IMG/VR virus record: IMGVR_UViG_3300046694_000587 | Strand: one strand, 5' to 3' | DNA: 64,000 nt | Source: a virus | Taxonomy: Duplodnaviria; Heunggongvirae; Uroviricota; Caudoviricetes | Shown here: piece by piece, positions 8,546 to 17,454 of the stretch | Layout of the letters: each line of letters opens with the position of its first letter | Numbering within the stretch: the first letter of the stretch is position 1 | Translations under genes and position numbers: made by a program | Notes under the pieces: generated by a model | The model's input: only the letters and a program-made list of their open reading frames with translations | Told to the model about the DNA's origin: nothing | Databases searched by the model: none

Positions 8546-8947
8546 CTACCCCGGAAGCACAAACACTTTCTTTCCGAACACGAGGACGCGCGGCGCCTCG
8601 TAAATGGGTGCGTGGTCGGGAAGGAGCACGAAGGTGGAGTGTTTGTAGGGGTCGTAGGTCACGACGGGAGCTTCCACCGCTAACGCAGACTGCCGCAATG
8701 CTTGCAGCTCGTCGTCGACTGGCTCACCAAGACGGGCGCATTTCGTAAGTTCGCCCACCAGGCCTGCATGCACATTCTTCGAGCGCTCCCGGACTACCCG
8801 TTGTCGGCCGGCCTCGCTTACCTTGAAGAGCACAGACTCGAGCAACAACGCGTTGGCGTGCGCGACCACCCGACCTCGCTCTGGGCCGGTCACCGCTCGG
8901 ACGGAAAGGCACTGCTTGTGCAAGTTGACATAAACGAAGCATCGCAT
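8546..8947 (-). CDS. hypothetical protein (133 aa)
   Basis: RBS GGGGGA; CTATAC motif on the minus strand (gtatag at 8953-8958) upstream. Confidence 0.4.
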   Translation of the reverse strand: MRCFVYVNLHKQCLSVRAVTGPERGRVVAHANALLLESVLFKVSEAGRQRVVRERSKNVHAGLVGELTKCARLGEPVDDELQALRQSALAVEAPVVTYDPYKHSTFVLLPDHAPIYEAPRVLVFGKKVFVLPG

Positions 8948-9088
8948 CCCCCGTATAGCGGTATGCGAGCATGGAAGCGCGGTGACGAAAACAAAAAAGC
9001 CGTTTTACAGTGAGACTATTTTTGTCAATCTTGATACGCGTGTTATCGGTGTTGATGAGCCGCAATTTCCGACGCCGACGCGGCTGCG

Positions 9089-9283
9089 TCACTCGTTCTC
9101 GTATCCGGTCTCAATCCGTTCAGCGATTTTTCCGAGTTCGAAGCCCATATTGAACATCGCGTTGTTGTCACGCCGAGTCACCACCCGCGAGCGTGCCACA
9201 TTGCGGCCGAGCACGATGGCTTTTGCCACGCGCAACAAGAACGCTTCGTAGCGCGCCTTCAGTCGGAGGCGCGTTGTCCTCAT
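9089..9283 (-). CDS. hypothetical protein (64 aa), coupled to the upstream lipoprotein gene
   Basis: ATGA overlap at 9280-9283. Confidence 0.3.
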   Translation of the reverse strand: MRTTRLRLKARYEAFLLRVAKAIVLGRNVARSRVVTRRDNNAMFNMGFELGKIAERIETGYENE

Positions 9284-9852
9284 GGCGTCACGCCCCAAGA
9301 CTTCTCGACGGGCACGTATCGCTGATGCAGCTTGACCGCCATCTGGATGGAGCGTGCAGCATTCTGCAGACGCTTTTTGATTGCGTCGTCAAACTGGTCG
9401 TGAATGACGATGGTCTTGCGTACCTGGCCCACCACACGACCGCCACGCAGCTCGAAGCGGTACGAGCCGCTCTCGACGAATCTTGAGAAAACCTCGTTGC
9501 TGTAGCTGCCAATGCACTCTAAATCGACGCCATTATTGCGGTCTCGTTGCGCCGGAGTGCTCTGGCTTTCCAGGTTGATGGACCCGTCATCCCTATTCAC
9601 CGAGAAGTGATACAGGAGTCCATCCTCGAACAACACGGTGGTGTACCACGTGTCGTTGTAGCTGCACACTGACACCGTGGAGACAGTTTCTTTGGTCGCG
9701 TCCGGAGCCACTGTCTGGAAGTAATCGGCCAGAACCGGTGACTCCACATAGCCCTCTGGCGCGCGCGAGCAGGCAGTCACGCTCAGGAGCACCGCGGCTG
9801 CGGCCAAAAACGATTTGAGACGTGTTCGCATGACGAGTTGGACCCTGTTCAT
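9280..9852 (-). CDS. putative lipoprotein
   Basis: signal peptide plus lipobox LSVTAC. Confidence 0.5.
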   Translation of the reverse strand: MNRVQLVMRTRLKSFLAAAAVLLSVTACSRAPEGYVESPVLADYFQTVAPDATKETVSTVSVCSYNDTWYTTVLFEDGLLYHFSVNRDDGSINLESQSTPAQRDRNNGVDLECIGSYSNEVFSRFVESGSYRFELRGGRVVGQVRKTIVIHDQFDDAIKKRLQNAARSIQMAVKLHQRYVPVEKSWGVTP

Positions 9853-9855
9853 CCG

Positions 9856-10347
9856 TTACCAGCCCTTGCGCGCAGACTGCACCGCGCTAACGCGGTCGAG
9901 CACGCGGGTGATGTCGTCGAGTTGCGAAACGATTTCAGCGCGAGTCAAGGCCGACTGACCGTTTTCGGCGTCGCGCTTGAGCTGCATGGCCAGTTCGTTG
10001 CGCTTCTGGATACACCGGACCTTGTATTCTGACAACGTCTCGCCGATAAGCCCGAACTCCGTCTTGCCCGTCGGGATACAACCCGTGACTTCCAGCGCGC
10101 CGACCAGGCCGTCGTAGAGCGCTTCCTTGCTGTTGTACGCGAGCTTCGCGACACCGGCAGTCACAGGGCGAACATAGGTCTTTTTGAAAGAAGCCAGGGC
10201 TGCGCCGAACGCAACGAGCCCGCGAGGGTACTCATACGTGCGGACCCAACCCCGGTTGGAGGCTGCGCTCAGCTCGGCCGGCGTCGCGAAAACACCTTGG
10301 CCTTGTTCAGCTTTTTGAAAATAGTCGATGGAGACGATTCGGGACAT
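9856..10347 (-). CDS. hypothetical protein (163 aa)
   Basis: RBS GGAGGGG upstream of the ATG. Confidence 0.45.
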   Translation of the reverse strand: MSRIVSIDYFQKAEQGQGVFATPAELSAASNRGWVRTYEYPRGLVAFGAALASFKKTYVRPVTAGVAKLAYNSKEALYDGLVGALEVTGCIPTGKTEFGLIGETLSEYKVRCIQKRNELAMQLKRDAENGQSALTRAEIVSQLDDITRVLDRVSAVQSARKGW

Positions 10348-10532
10348 GGCCCCTCCGTTCAGGATAGGTAATGGACTGCCGCCTGACCGCGCGACATTGA
10401 ATTCTCGTTAATATACTATGTAATAGCACATAAGGCAACTTTGCAGACTTGCAATTTGCTGGACCCGGCGCCGAACCTGTGATATATACCGTTTAATGAT
10501 TCGCCAACGGTTTCACCGACCTATACTGACGC

Positions 10533-10604
10533 ATGCTTAACCTGACCACCACAGCCACGACCACTACCACTTCGCGAAAGTGGCGGGCGTGCTTTGTCGG
10601 CTGA
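10533..10604 (+). CDS. Thr-rich leader peptide MLNLTTTATTTTTSRKWRACFVG (attenuator leader)
   Basis: 23 codons, 8 Thr codons including runs TTT and TTTTT; starts 7 nt after the CTATAC motif; followed by terminator 10625-10656 and then the ThrRS paralog. Confidence 0.55.
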   Translation: MLNLTTTATTTTTSRKWRACFVG

Positions 10605-10624
10605 ATCAGTTCAACCTCAATCAC

Positions 10625-10656
10625 AAACCCGCCCACCGAGGCGGGTTTTCTTTTTC
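10625..10656 (+). terminator. attenuator terminator upstream of the ThrRS paralog
   Basis: AAACCCGCC-caccga-GGCGGGTTT followed by TCTTTTT; GTGGCGGG (10580-10587, inside the leader ORF) can pair with the 5' half of the stem as an alternative structure. Confidence 0.55.
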
Positions 10657-10671
10657 TACGCGAGCCAAAAC

Positions 10672-11862
10672 ATGAAGCACTCATACATCGAAGCAGCCCA
10701 GAAGCTTGACCTGTTCCATATCGAAGACCATTCGCCGGGCTTTGCCTGGTGGCACCCGAACGGCCTGCGCCTCATCGAAGCCCTCAAGAGCCTTATCCGC
10801 GGCGTGCATGAGCGGTACGGCTACGAGGAAGTGAAGACGCCCAATATCACGGGTGTCGAGCTGTTCGAGCAGTCTGGCCACCTCGCCAAGTTCCGCCAGA
10901 ACATGTTCGTGATGGAAGGCGCCGACGGCGAGCGTACGTATGCGGTTCGCCCGATGAGCTGCCCGAATCACATCCGCGTGTTCGACGCGCGCCGTCGCAG
11001 CTACGCCGAGCTGCCGTTCAAGGCCTTTGAGTTCGGCGAGGTCGTGCGCAACGAGCCATCGGGTAGCCTGCAGGCGCTGTTCCGCATGCGCGGCTTCTGC
11101 CAGGACGACTCGCACGTCTTCGCGATGGAAGAGCAGGTCGTCGAGGTCGTGGCCGACTACATCTCGATGTCGCGCGAGCTCTACAAGGTGCTCGGCTTCG
11201 ATGAGGTCCGGTACCAGATTTCGCTCCGTCCGGAGCAGCGCTTTGGCGAGGACGCGCTCTGGGACAAAGCCGAAGACATGCTGCGCGCGGCGTGTCAGCG
11301 CAATGGGCTCGCCTGGGTTGAAGAGGAGGGCGGTGGTGCCTTCTACGGACCTAAGCTTGAGATGCACCTCACGGACAAGCTTGGCCGCAGCTGGCAGATG
11401 GGCACGATTCAGCTTGACTACGTGCTGCCACGCCGGTTCAAGCTGGACTACCTGAGCCGCGACAACCAGCTCGAGGTGCCGGTCATCCTGCATCACGCCG
11501 TTCTGGGGTCCCTGGAGCGCTTCATCGGCGTCCTGCTCGAGCAGTACGGCGTCGACCTGCCCGGACTGCTACGGCCCATCCAGGTGGCTCTGGTGGGCGT
11601 TCGCGAGAGTGAGAGCGCGTACGTGCGTGACCTGGCTGCCCAACTGAAGTTGAAAGGGATGCGGGTGAAGTGTTTTGTGGGTGACGCGCGTCTGGGCGAC
11701 AAGGTGAAGGCGGCCGAACTGGAGCACCCGGGAGTCATCGCCATTGTCGGAGGCCGGGAAGCTGACCAGGGAAAGGTCTCCATTCGCGAAGCCGGCGGCG
11801 CAACGCGCGTCGTCGACAAGCAAGCGTTCCTCGACGAATTGCTGATGCGCTGCCAGGCCTGA
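10672..11862 (+). CDS. threonyl-tRNA synthetase catalytic core plus anticodon-binding domain; N-terminal TGS/editing domains absent
   Basis: 396 aa; colinear with E. coli ThrRS residues ~243-642; class II motifs FRMRGFCQDDSHVF and GGGAFYGPKLEMH. Confidence 0.85.
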   Translation: MKHSYIEAAQKLDLFHIEDHSPGFAWWHPNGLRLIEALKSLIRGVHERYGYEEVKTPNITGVELFEQSGHLAKFRQNMFVMEGADGERTYAVRPMSCPNHIRVFDARRRSYAELPFKAFEFGEVVRNEPSGSLQALFRMRGFCQDDSHVFAMEEQVVEVVADYISMSRELYKVLGFDEVRYQISLRPEQRFGEDALWDKAEDMLRAACQRNGLAWVEEEGGGAFYGPKLEMHLTDKLGRSWQMGTIQLDYVLPRRFKLDYLSRDNQLEVPVILHHAVLGSLERFIGVLLEQYGVDLPGLLRPIQVALVGVRESESAYVRDLAAQLKLKGMRVKCFVGDARLGDKVKAAELEHPGVIAIVGGREADQGKVSIREAGGATRVVDKQAFLDELLMRCQA

Positions 11863-11872
11863 TGCGCGTATG

Positions 11873-11905
11873 AAAAAGGCCGCTTCGATGAAGCGGCCTT
11901 GAGTT
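11873..11905 (-). terminator. hairpin terminator (T-run on the minus strand; possibly bidirectional)
   Basis: AAGGCCGCTTC-gatg-GAAGCGGCCTT. Confidence 0.5.
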
Positions 11906-11915
11906 GCTGCGTTAG

Positions 11916-12578
11916 TTACAGGTCGAGCGCGGTACCGTGCTGAACATCCTTGACGGTGATGCCACGATAGCTCAGCTGGGCATGCAGTTCCTCGATGCGG
12001 TTTTGAACCGCGCGCATCTCGGCTTCCGAGGTTGTCGGGATACGTACGCGAACGGACCAGGTCTTGTCTTCTATGGGGCTCGGGAAACAGCGGATGCTGC
12101 ACAACAAGGGCTCTGCCAGGAAGGGTGTCCTGATTTTCGAACGAACGTCCAGCCACGAAAAGCAATTGCCTTGACTCACACGGGCAACCTTTGGCCGGGC
12201 CTTGGTAACGCGCGTTGCATCAAGAACCTCCATCGCGACGTCATGGATTCGGAGAATCTCCGCTTCAACTGACTCCTTCAGGTCCTGGAAACGGCTGGCA
12301 CCCATACCCAGCAGCATTTCGGCGCGCAGTGCATACGCGCGATAGCCCAGTTGGGGAGACTCGGCCAGCAACTGCAAAAGGTTCGGATAGTGAGCGATGG
12401 CCGCTACCCAAGCCTCATACTCGGTGTCGAATTCCACATAGCTACCGCGGCCGTAGAAAAGCTTCTTCTTGCCTTGCCCGGTGTCCGTCCAGGTAATCTG
12501 GTGGTCAGCCTTGAAATCGTGGAAGCTGAAATATTTGACGTTCAGCAATGCCACCAACGTTTCAGTTATAGCGCTCAT
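11916..12578 (-). CDS. hypothetical protein (220 aa)
   Basis: long ORF; CTATAC motif (gtatag at 12612) upstream on the minus strand. Confidence 0.45.
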   Translation of the reverse strand: MSAITETLVALLNVKYFSFHDFKADHQITWTDTGQGKKKLFYGRGSYVEFDTEYEAWVAAIAHYPNLLQLLAESPQLGYRAYALRAEMLLGMGASRFQDLKESVEAEILRIHDVAMEVLDATRVTKARPKVARVSQGNCFSWLDVRSKIRTPFLAEPLLCSIRCFPSPIEDKTWSVRVRIPTTSEAEMRAVQNRIEELHAQLSYRGITVKDVQHGTALDL

Positions 12579-12671
12579 GAGATATGTCCTCTCGGGGTTG
12601 TAGACAACTCCGTATAGGAAAAAAGAAGAGCGCCCCGTAGGAGCGCTCGTGAGAGGATTACTTCGCTGACA

Positions 12672-12911
12672 TCAGGCCAGCAGCGGTTTAATGAACCAGT
12701 TGTAGATACCCGTGATAGAGGTAAAGGTGAAGCCGACTTGCATGGTCACCATCCCCCAGGCACGCGTGCGCACACCGTACCCCAGCCAGAACACGTTGGA
12801 CGTCAGGAACGCGACGAACCCGTAGCCTGAAACCGGAACTTTTAGCGCCAGCAGCAACGAACCCAGAATGCCAAGAATGGCACCGGTCCACTCGACGACT
12901 TTGATGTTCAT
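12672..12911 (-). CDS. half-size PnuC-like (3-TM) membrane transporter
   Basis: 79 aa; WTGAILGILGSLLLALKV...NVFWLGYG matches the PnuC repeat-unit motif W..G......K.....N..W.Y. Confidence 0.45.
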   Translation of the reverse strand: MNIKVVEWTGAILGILGSLLLALKVPVSGYGFVAFLTSNVFWLGYGVRTRAWGMVTMQVGFTFTSITGIYNWFIKPLLA

Positions 12912-13405
12912 ACCGCCTCGCGAACAGGAACCACGCTGATGATTTTCTGCTCCATCAGCTTCAGGTTTTCCAACAACAGGTCGCCTTGCTTAATCGGGTC
13001 TAGCGAAGGCAATTTCTGGTGGTCACCGATGTAGCCAGGATTCACGCCCGGGAGCAGGTGAATCTTGCGAATGCCTGCCGCACGCAGCACGCGAACAGCG
13101 TACTCAGCGAAATCACGTGCCGAACCGTTCTCACTACGCTCTTTCTCCAATGCGCGCGCGATGGCACGCATCGTCCAGTAGCCTTTCTTCAGCGAGTCCA
13201 GGCCAATGACCGAATAGTCGTTGGACAGGCCGTGGTCCCAGGCATAGGTTTCCCCATGTGAGCCGCCACCCGCCTGACAGCTGATTTTCAGCGTGACGCC
13301 GCGACCGAACATCTCGTAGACGTAGATGTAGATGTGCGCGTAGCCATTCTGGCTCGTTGCGGTTGCTGTTGCGTATACCGGATTGACCTTGCGAATACGA
13401 GTTGC
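12908..13405 (-). CDS. hypothetical protein (165 aa)
   Basis: strong RBS AGGAGAG before ATG 13405; ATGA-coupled to the PnuC-like gene; gtatag at 13466 upstream. Confidence 0.4.
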   Translation of the reverse strand, partial: ATRIRKVNPVYATATATSQNGYAHIYIYVYEMFGRGVTLKISCQAGGGSHGETYAWDHGLSNDYSVIGLDSLKKGYWTMRAIARALEKERSENGSARDFAEYAVRVLRAAGIRKIHLLPGVNPGYIGDHQKLPSLDPIKQGDLLLENLKLMEQKIISVVPVREAV

Positions 13406-13490
13406 CATTACTGCTCTCCTTTTTCCTTGATGAACCGTTTCCGGCTCGGTTAGTCCCACAAACTCGTATAGCTTTGGGTTCACCAAGAAA

Positions 13491-14393
13491 TCAGCCATGC
13501 GCGAGAGTGCCGGCGAATAGGGCCGCACAGCGCGCTGTGACCGCCACCGTGTAGCCGCCTTCGAGCGAGGCAACGACCGGGGCATCCAGGCTGAGCAGTC
13601 CCTTCGCGAGCCACTCATAGTCGGCGTCGACCAGGCCCAAACGACCGAGCGGGTCCGCGCGGTGAGCATCGAAGCCGGCCGAGACGACGACTAGCTCCGG
13701 CTGCCAGGCCTTGAGTGTTTCGAAGAACCCCCTCCAGGCTCGAAGAACCTCATCTCGGCTCTCGCATTTTTTGCGAAGAATGTGATTCGGCCGAGTTACT
13801 TTCTGCATGAACGCGCCCGGGTATCCTGGTTGGTACGTCTCAGCGAACAGGAAATCAGATTCCGGCTTACCCAGCAGGCCCATGACCGTTCCATTGCCCG
13901 AGTGGGTGTCAAAATCCAGCACAGCAATACGCCGTACGCCGCGCGCCTTCGCGTGAAAAGCCGCCACCAGCGCAGTGTTGACGAAGCAGAACCCGTCTCC
14001 GCCTTGATAGTCCGCGTGGTGGCCTGCGTACACGGGATTGAATGCGTGCTGGATGCGGCCGGCGAGGATGGCGTCTACCGCCTGGCAGGCAGCGCCTGCT
14101 GAGAGCCGCATGGCGCGCCAGGTGTGACGGTTCATCGAGGTATCGGGCGCCAGTTCGATGCTTTCACCCTCCCGCAGCGATTCCGAGCGTGCCAGATAGG
14201 CCAGGTATTCGGGGTGGTGTGCGCGCTCAAGCTGCTCTGCCGTCGCAAGTTCAGCGAGCTCGGGGCGCACATTGTCGAGCGCGAGAACAGCGCGTGCTAC
14301 GGTCGCGATTCGCTCTCGGTCCATCGCCGCGTGATTGGCGTGGAGGTCATGCAGGAAGATGTCGGGGTGCCAGAAAACGGCGGTCGTTGTCAT
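13491..14393 (-). CDS. histone deacetylase-family (HDAC/acetoin utilisation-like) Zn-dependent deacetylase
   Basis: 300 aa; PVYAGHHADYQGGDGFCFVN, VLDFDTHSGNG, SAGFDAHRADPLG, EGGY. Confidence 0.75.
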   Translation of the reverse strand: MTTTAVFWHPDIFLHDLHANHAAMDRERIATVARAVLALDNVRPELAELATAEQLERAHHPEYLAYLARSESLREGESIELAPDTSMNRHTWRAMRLSAGAACQAVDAILAGRIQHAFNPVYAGHHADYQGGDGFCFVNTALVAAFHAKARGVRRIAVLDFDTHSGNGTVMGLLGKPESDFLFAETYQPGYPGAFMQKVTRPNHILRKKCESRDEVLRAWRGFFETLKAWQPELVVVSAGFDAHRADPLGRLGLVDADYEWLAKGLLSLDAPVVASLEGGYTVAVTARCAALFAGTLAHG

Positions 14394-14442
14394 CAGTTAT
14401 CTCGATAGGAAGCGACCTCCAGAGGAGGCCGCGGGGAGAGTG

Positions 14443-14799
14443 TTAGAAGAGGGTGACCTTGTCCGGGTGGACCTCACACTCCAAGGCTTTGCCAGGAGTG
14501 CGCAGGGCAATCAGATGCTCCAGCGTGACGCATTCGTCCGGCTCGCACCCTTCGTGCACGAGATACAGCACATCGCCCGTATCCGGATGAAAGAAACAGT
14601 CCTCGTCACCGGAAAATTTCGCGCACTTGATGAGTACGGCGGGGTCAATGTTTGTTGCGAGCGGCAGGCTCACTTCGAGCTTCAGCGCATCAACCGTGAT
14701 GAGCGTGACGTCGAACATGACGTCCGGAAGAAACGAATGCTGGAGCTGAGCCTTGAAATATCGCGTTTCGCCTTTGTCGTCCGTGAAATACGCTTGCAT
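14443..14799 (-). CDS. hypothetical protein (118 aa)
   Basis: gtatag at 14840 upstream on the minus strand. Confidence 0.4.
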   Translation of the reverse strand: MQAYFTDDKGETRYFKAQLQHSFLPDVMFDVTLITVDALKLEVSLPLATNIDPAVLIKCAKFSGDEDCFFHPDTGDVLYLVHEGCEPDECVTLEHLIALRTPGKALECEVHPDKVTLF

Positions 14800-15139
14800 G
14801 GTCTGGTCCTCGAAATAAAAAAGATGTACCTACGCAGGCGTATAGCTCGACTTTCAGCCGACAGACCTCTGACGCGCTCGAAGACGAAAAAGGCCGCAAG
14901 AGGCGGCCTTTGCATCGGAGTCTGCGGCTTGGCTTATCAACGCCGCGGGGTTGCCGCGGAATATTCGGGGCCGGGCCCAAACCACTGGAACGAAACTCGC
15001 TGCCAGGGCCGATGCCACCAGTTCCCCCATCGACCACCCCGAAGGTGCACCAGACGAACACCCAGGCGACCCCATTGAAGCTCGTAAGCAGTGGCGCCGC
15101 GCATGGGAAGGAGAAGCTTCAGCATGACGGCGCCTTGCA

Positions 15140-16606
15140 TCACGCTGCTTCTGCTGCGGACTGGCCGATGATGGCGCCAGCTGCTGCGTTGCCCGAAGCC
15201 GCGCCCACCACCGCACCTGCAGCCGCGCCGTTCTTCAGCAGCGGCGCGAAGCCTTCAATGAGCTTCTGGCCTTCCGGCGTCTGGCCGAGTGCTGCCAGCA
15301 TGCCCGTCAGCTTCGTGCCGCCCGCCGGCGTGAAGATGTCGCCGAGACGGGCCACGCCTTGCTGCATGTCGCCCGAGTTTGCGATGACCTTCAGGTCGGC
15401 GGTCTGCATGGCACGGGCCATTTCGATACCGACTTCGCGACCGGCCTTGACCTGTTCGATGGTCACCAGATACTGCTGGTAACCCGGGTTCGAGCCGATT
15501 TCTTCCGCCAGCTTGATTTGCGTGACAACCGGCGCCATCAGCATCGCCTGTTCGGCGGCGGCCGATGCTTCACCGCGCGCCTTGATACCTTCGGCATCCT
15601 TCAGCGCGGCGGCCAGCTGACCTTCAGCCTGCGTCGTCGTCGCCTGACGTTGCGCTTCTGCGCTCACGACTTGCACTTCCTTCGCGGCTTCGGCATTCAC
15701 CACTGCCACGCGCTTGTCCTGCTCGGCGCGCACGGTCGCCACATCGCGCTGAATTTCAGCGCTCCGCACTTCGTTAACACTGCGCAGGTCCATGTCGCGT
15801 TCGGCGGTGGTCTTCGCCGCCGTCTTGATGTCCTGTTGCGCCAGTTCGTTGGCGATGCCCACGGCCTTTTCCTTCTCGGCCGTACGCTGCCCGACCTGCT
15901 GCGCTGCGTCCTGGCGTTGAACGTCGACCGTACGCTGAGCGTCGATTTCGGCCAGTTCAGCGAGGCGCTTGTTTTCCGCCACGGCGACGCGCGATTCTTT
16001 GTCGATGCGCGACTTTTCCTTGGCCATCACGTTGGCGATAACCGTGCTGCCTTTGGCATCGAGTAAATTCATGAACTCGATAGTTTTCACGGTGACCACG
16101 CCCCATTGCGTGACCTGCTCCTGCACTTCAGCGGTGAACTGGTTTCCCAGCTCCGAGCGCGACTGCATGATGTGCTCGAGCGTATTCGTCGCCAGTACAC
16201 GACGCACCGCACCTTGCAGTACGGCATGCAGGTCGGTCTTCAGCGCTTCGAAAGTTGCCACGCGTTGAGCCGCAGTTTCTGCATTGTCTACCCGAAAAAA
16301 TGCAACGGCCGTGACCTCAAATGGAAGCCGTGCCATGTCATATGCTTCGTAGTCCGAAAGAGATACTTGGAAGATGCTTTCCGGGAAGCTAGAAATCGTC
16401 ACGCCTAGCTTCGGCACCCAGGTCGGGAACGCGTAGTAGGTATTGCCGGCCGGCTTGCCGCGGCCGTACGGCGTGCTCGAGCGCGTCGTTTGAACGATGT
16501 GAACCATGTTGGTCGGAACAACGCGACGCAACATGATTGCGGTCAGCAGGGCTACGAAGCCCGCGAAGACCAAAATGCCAATCAGGGCGGTCAGAATGAC
16601 GCTCAC
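15140..16606 (-). CDS. SPFH/band-7 flotillin-like membrane protein
   Basis: 488 aa; N-terminal TM helix, SPFH core, long A/E/Q-rich coiled coil, Gly/Ala-rich C-terminus. Confidence 0.7.
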   Translation of the reverse strand: MSVILTALIGILVFAGFVALLTAIMLRRVVPTNMVHIVQTTRSSTPYGRGKPAGNTYYAFPTWVPKLGVTISSFPESIFQVSLSDYEAYDMARLPFEVTAVAFFRVDNAETAAQRVATFEALKTDLHAVLQGAVRRVLATNTLEHIMQSRSELGNQFTAEVQEQVTQWGVVTVKTIEFMNLLDAKGSTVIANVMAKEKSRIDKESRVAVAENKRLAELAEIDAQRTVDVQRQDAAQQVGQRTAEKEKAVGIANELAQQDIKTAAKTTAERDMDLRSVNEVRSAEIQRDVATVRAEQDKRVAVVNAEAAKEVQVVSAEAQRQATTTQAEGQLAAALKDAEGIKARGEASAAAEQAMLMAPVVTQIKLAEEIGSNPGYQQYLVTIEQVKAGREVGIEMARAMQTADLKVIANSGDMQQGVARLGDIFTPAGGTKLTGMLAALGQTPEGQKLIEGFAPLLKNGAAAGAVVGAASGNAAAGAIIGQSAAEAA

Positions 16607-16769
16607 TAATATCTCCTCGATAATGCGGTTGGTGAACTTCCCAGATGGAAAGTTGAAATTACTATATCGTCTAATGCGCTTTTTGTCAACAACGCGGCTG
16701 AACAGGACGCTATAAAACCGGCGTCCATTGCTGGAGCCGGTTGTGAGAGTTGGCAGCTTGACCTGGTTG

Positions 16770-17279
16770 TTAAATCCAGGGATGTGTCGGAATGCCTCGT
16801 GCTTGCGTCAAGTAAAAAAGGAACTCGCGACTGTCGGTGAAGGCCGGGTAGGTGTCCTCCAGCGAGGTGCCGCGGGTTTTCTGTCTCCAGGCGTCACCCA
16901 GGTACTGCGCGTCGACAGACGCCAGATGGTGGTTCACCAGCGCCGCCCAGAGGTCCTGCGGCGTCGTGCGCACGAGAAGTTTTGCGACGCCGGAATCGAG
17001 GCGTTCGCGTCGCTGGCCAACGTCGGCCGGCGCTCCGGCCTGTTCACCGAACCCTTTCGTACGAAAGTTCTTGGACGAGTCGAGTGACACCAGCAGGTGA
17101 TTCTCCGAGCCGTCAATTTTACGCCACCAATCGAGCTTGACCGCGCTGAACACTTCCTGCGCGAAGAGTTCCAGCGCCATATCAATCCACGCCAGACCCG
17201 CCTCGCGAAGCCGCGGCTCGGCAATGCTCCTAGGCACAACCAGAAGCGCGGGGTTCAATGCCAACTTTGTTTTCACCAT
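16770..17279 (-). CDS. hypothetical protein (169 aa)
   Basis: start at MVKTK; gtatag at 17322 upstream. Confidence 0.4.
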   Translation of the reverse strand: MVKTKLALNPALLVVPRSIAEPRLREAGLAWIDMALELFAQEVFSAVKLDWWRKIDGSENHLLVSLDSSKNFRTKGFGEQAGAPADVGQRRERLDSGVAKLLVRTTPQDLWAALVNHHLASVDAQYLGDAWRQKTRGTSLEDTYPAFTDSREFLFYLTQARGIPTHPWI

Positions 17280-17454
17280 GATTTCTGTCCTCAAAATAGA
17301 AAGGCAAGCCGCCTCATCGGTGTATAGCGTTCCCGCGCCTTCCGAACCGGCTTGCAGAAACATGACATGTCTTTTGAGCTATACCGTGCGCTGCGAATAT
17401 CAGCAGGCAACCAGTGAGGCGCGTCCCGCGCCGCCGTTTCATTCAAGGATTCTC

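Noticed and set aside
10533-10604. Leader peptide dismissed as a chance ORF because it lacks a Shine-Dalgarno
   Set aside because: Not rejected. The Thr-codon density, its position 7 nt after the promoter motif (compatible with leaderless translation, as for gene 7565) and the immediately following terminator argue that it is functional.
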